From: Gekko japonicus
Taxonomy: Eukaryota
DNA length: 64,000 bases
Assembly: GCF_001447785.1 (NCBI RefSeq)
Contig: NW_015167580.1
Span: forward strand, 272,687-336,686
Direction of reading: 5' to 3'
Shown here: one piece after another, positions 62,280-64,000 of the stretch
Numbering within the stretch: position 1 is the first letter of the stretch
Layout: the number at the start of each line of letters is the position of its first letter
Translations under genes and position numbers: made by a program
The notes under the pieces: generated by a model
What the model was told of the DNA's origin: nothing
The model's input: only the letters and a program-made list of their open reading frames with translations
The model's database searches: none

Positions 62280-63113
62280 CCTTACAGGATGATTGTTTGA
62301 ACACTAGTAATATGGTGTGTTTTAATAGTTTATGATAAAAACTAGCTTGACTCTTGAGAGCAAAAACTAACATGTTGCATTCATAAAGAAATATTGTCAT
62401 CTCTGGAGAGGGAAGCCTGGCCATGTTATCAATGATGGACCAAGTCTTGTCATCTTTCATGGTGAGGGAATTTGTCCTGCACAGCTTCTGAGGTTTCAGT
62501 TGATTGCTGTTTTAATTCTCAGTCCTGAGACAGGATGGTTTTCAATATTATCCCCCCCTTTGCACTGTTTTCTTGATCAACATTTCCCCCCTTGTCCTTG
62601 CAGAGTTACTCCAGAGTAATTAACATTACCCAAGCTGTTGCTCACCCATAAGGAAGGAGGCAATGCAGAGTGCCTCTTGCTTGTATTAAAAGAATAGAGA
62701 TACCCACGACTGTTTAGGTGGGAATGGGTCACAAGACATACCTTCCTCTTCCTCTTCTGATAAAGACTCACCAATGTTTTGATCCTGATAGACAGAGGTG
62801 ATCTGTAGAAGAATAAAAAACCAGTACATGCACAAACCTGCCTTACAAAGAATCAGAATTATGGTCTTGGCAACTTAAGAGAAGCCAAGTTGGATCAAAT
62901 AACTTGGAGGTAGTCCATGGTCTTGTCTCCCAGAGTGGCAGACCACATGCCTCAGGAAAGATCATAAGAATGGCACAAAGATGCCCCTCATCCTATTTAC
63001 TGCTCTCCAGTAACTGGCATTGACTCTAAACATGGGAGAATGGATACCAACCAGTTGAGAATCGGTTCCCTACCGGGAGTCCAACCAATAGTTTGTGGCC
63101 AATTTAGATTCCA

Positions 63114-63567
63114 CTAACCCTAGTAACCCTAACCCTAGTAACCCTAACCTCAGTAACCCTAACCCTCATAACCCTAACCCTAGTAACCCTATACCTAGCT
63201 CAAGTAACCCTAACCCTAGTAACCCTAACCTTAGCCCTAGTAACCCTAACCCTAGTAACCCTAACGCTAGTAACCCTAACCCTAATAACCCTAACCTCAG
63301 TAACCCTAACCCTTGTAACCCTAACCCTAATAACCCTAAACCTAACTCAAGTGACCCTAACCCTAGTAACCCTAACCCTTGTAACCCTAAACCTAACCCT
63401 AGTAACCATAACTAATGCCTGTTGTGCTTCAACAAATCCCTTTTCCCTTCTGGAAGGTAATTGGACGCTACAACTCCCATATGCTCAGCTGAGTGGCTCT
63501 TTTTCCCTTTGGGGGCAGGACAGTAACCCTAATCCTAGTAGCCCTAGCCCTAACCCTAGTAACCCTA
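63114..63567. repeat. Degenerate telomere-like (CCCTAA)n satellite
   Basis: TAACCC hexamers interleaved with TAACCCTAG nonamers at 63114-63413 and 63524-63567. Confidence 0.88.
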
Positions 63568-64000
63568 CAGCTTTGTAGCTTTGAGAAATCATTCCTGGAA
63601 ATAAAATCATTCCACTTTTACCTCAGAATGCGACCATTTCTGATTCTGAAACATTGCCCTTTCCATATAGAACTATTATTGACACAGTTCATATACACTG
63701 GATAAACTCCACACAAGATTTTAGGTTGTTTCTTCACTCACAGTCCATCTACCTGTCTACTCTATAGTGATAGCATGATAATAATAATAATAGCAATAAC
63801 AACAACAACAATAATAGTAGTAGTAGTTGCCCTAGTTGAACATCCTCCTGCCAGCCTCTGTTGTGAAGGCAGTTCGCAATCTAAGGCACATTTGCTTAAG
63901 CACCAGCAGTGGAGAGATGGCTGGACTCAGTCCTTGTACCCACTTCCTGGGGCACTGCTACGTACAGCAATACCTGTTTACCTCAAGTGGCGCTGGAGTT

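Noticed and set aside
63095-63415. NPNPS-repeat ORF
   Set aside because: Translation of the telomere-like satellite; no ATG start or gene structure
58717-64000. J-lambda or C-lambda segments
   Set aside because: No FGxGT motif with a 12-RSS and no C1-set exon found by eye

Overview
Vertebrate genomic DNA from a squamate reptile (Sauria SINEs, BovB/RTE, Squam3-like SINEs; a gecko is plausible but unproven). It carries part of the immunoglobulin lambda light-chain variable (IGLV) cluster. I count 18 V segments, all on the + strand. Each has a 46-bp leader exon (5'-deleted in V11), a 77-101-bp intron and a V exon; 15 have a 23-bp-spacer RSS. Fourteen are structurally intact, one is cut by an assembly gap and three are pseudogenes. 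No J or C segments are present. The segments fall into three groups with different promoter designs. Group A starts QYVLTQ (IGLV3-like) and has a light-chain-orientation octamer. Group B starts QPVLTQ/QPVVSQ/QFALSQ with a long CDR2 (IGLV5/VpreB-like) and has no octamer. Group C starts QPV(V/M)TQE and has an inverted octamer pair. Main observations: (1) six group-B genes carry an in-frame stop codon (TAA, TGA or TAG) exactly 1 nt before the heptamer, several with a VpreB3-like FR3 cysteine; (2) co-oriented CTCF-like sites lie upstream of group-B genes; (3) tandem and cassette duplications with deletion scars are visible; (4) a telomere-like satellite lies after the last V. Comparisons with mammalian genes and repeat families are from memory; no database search was run.
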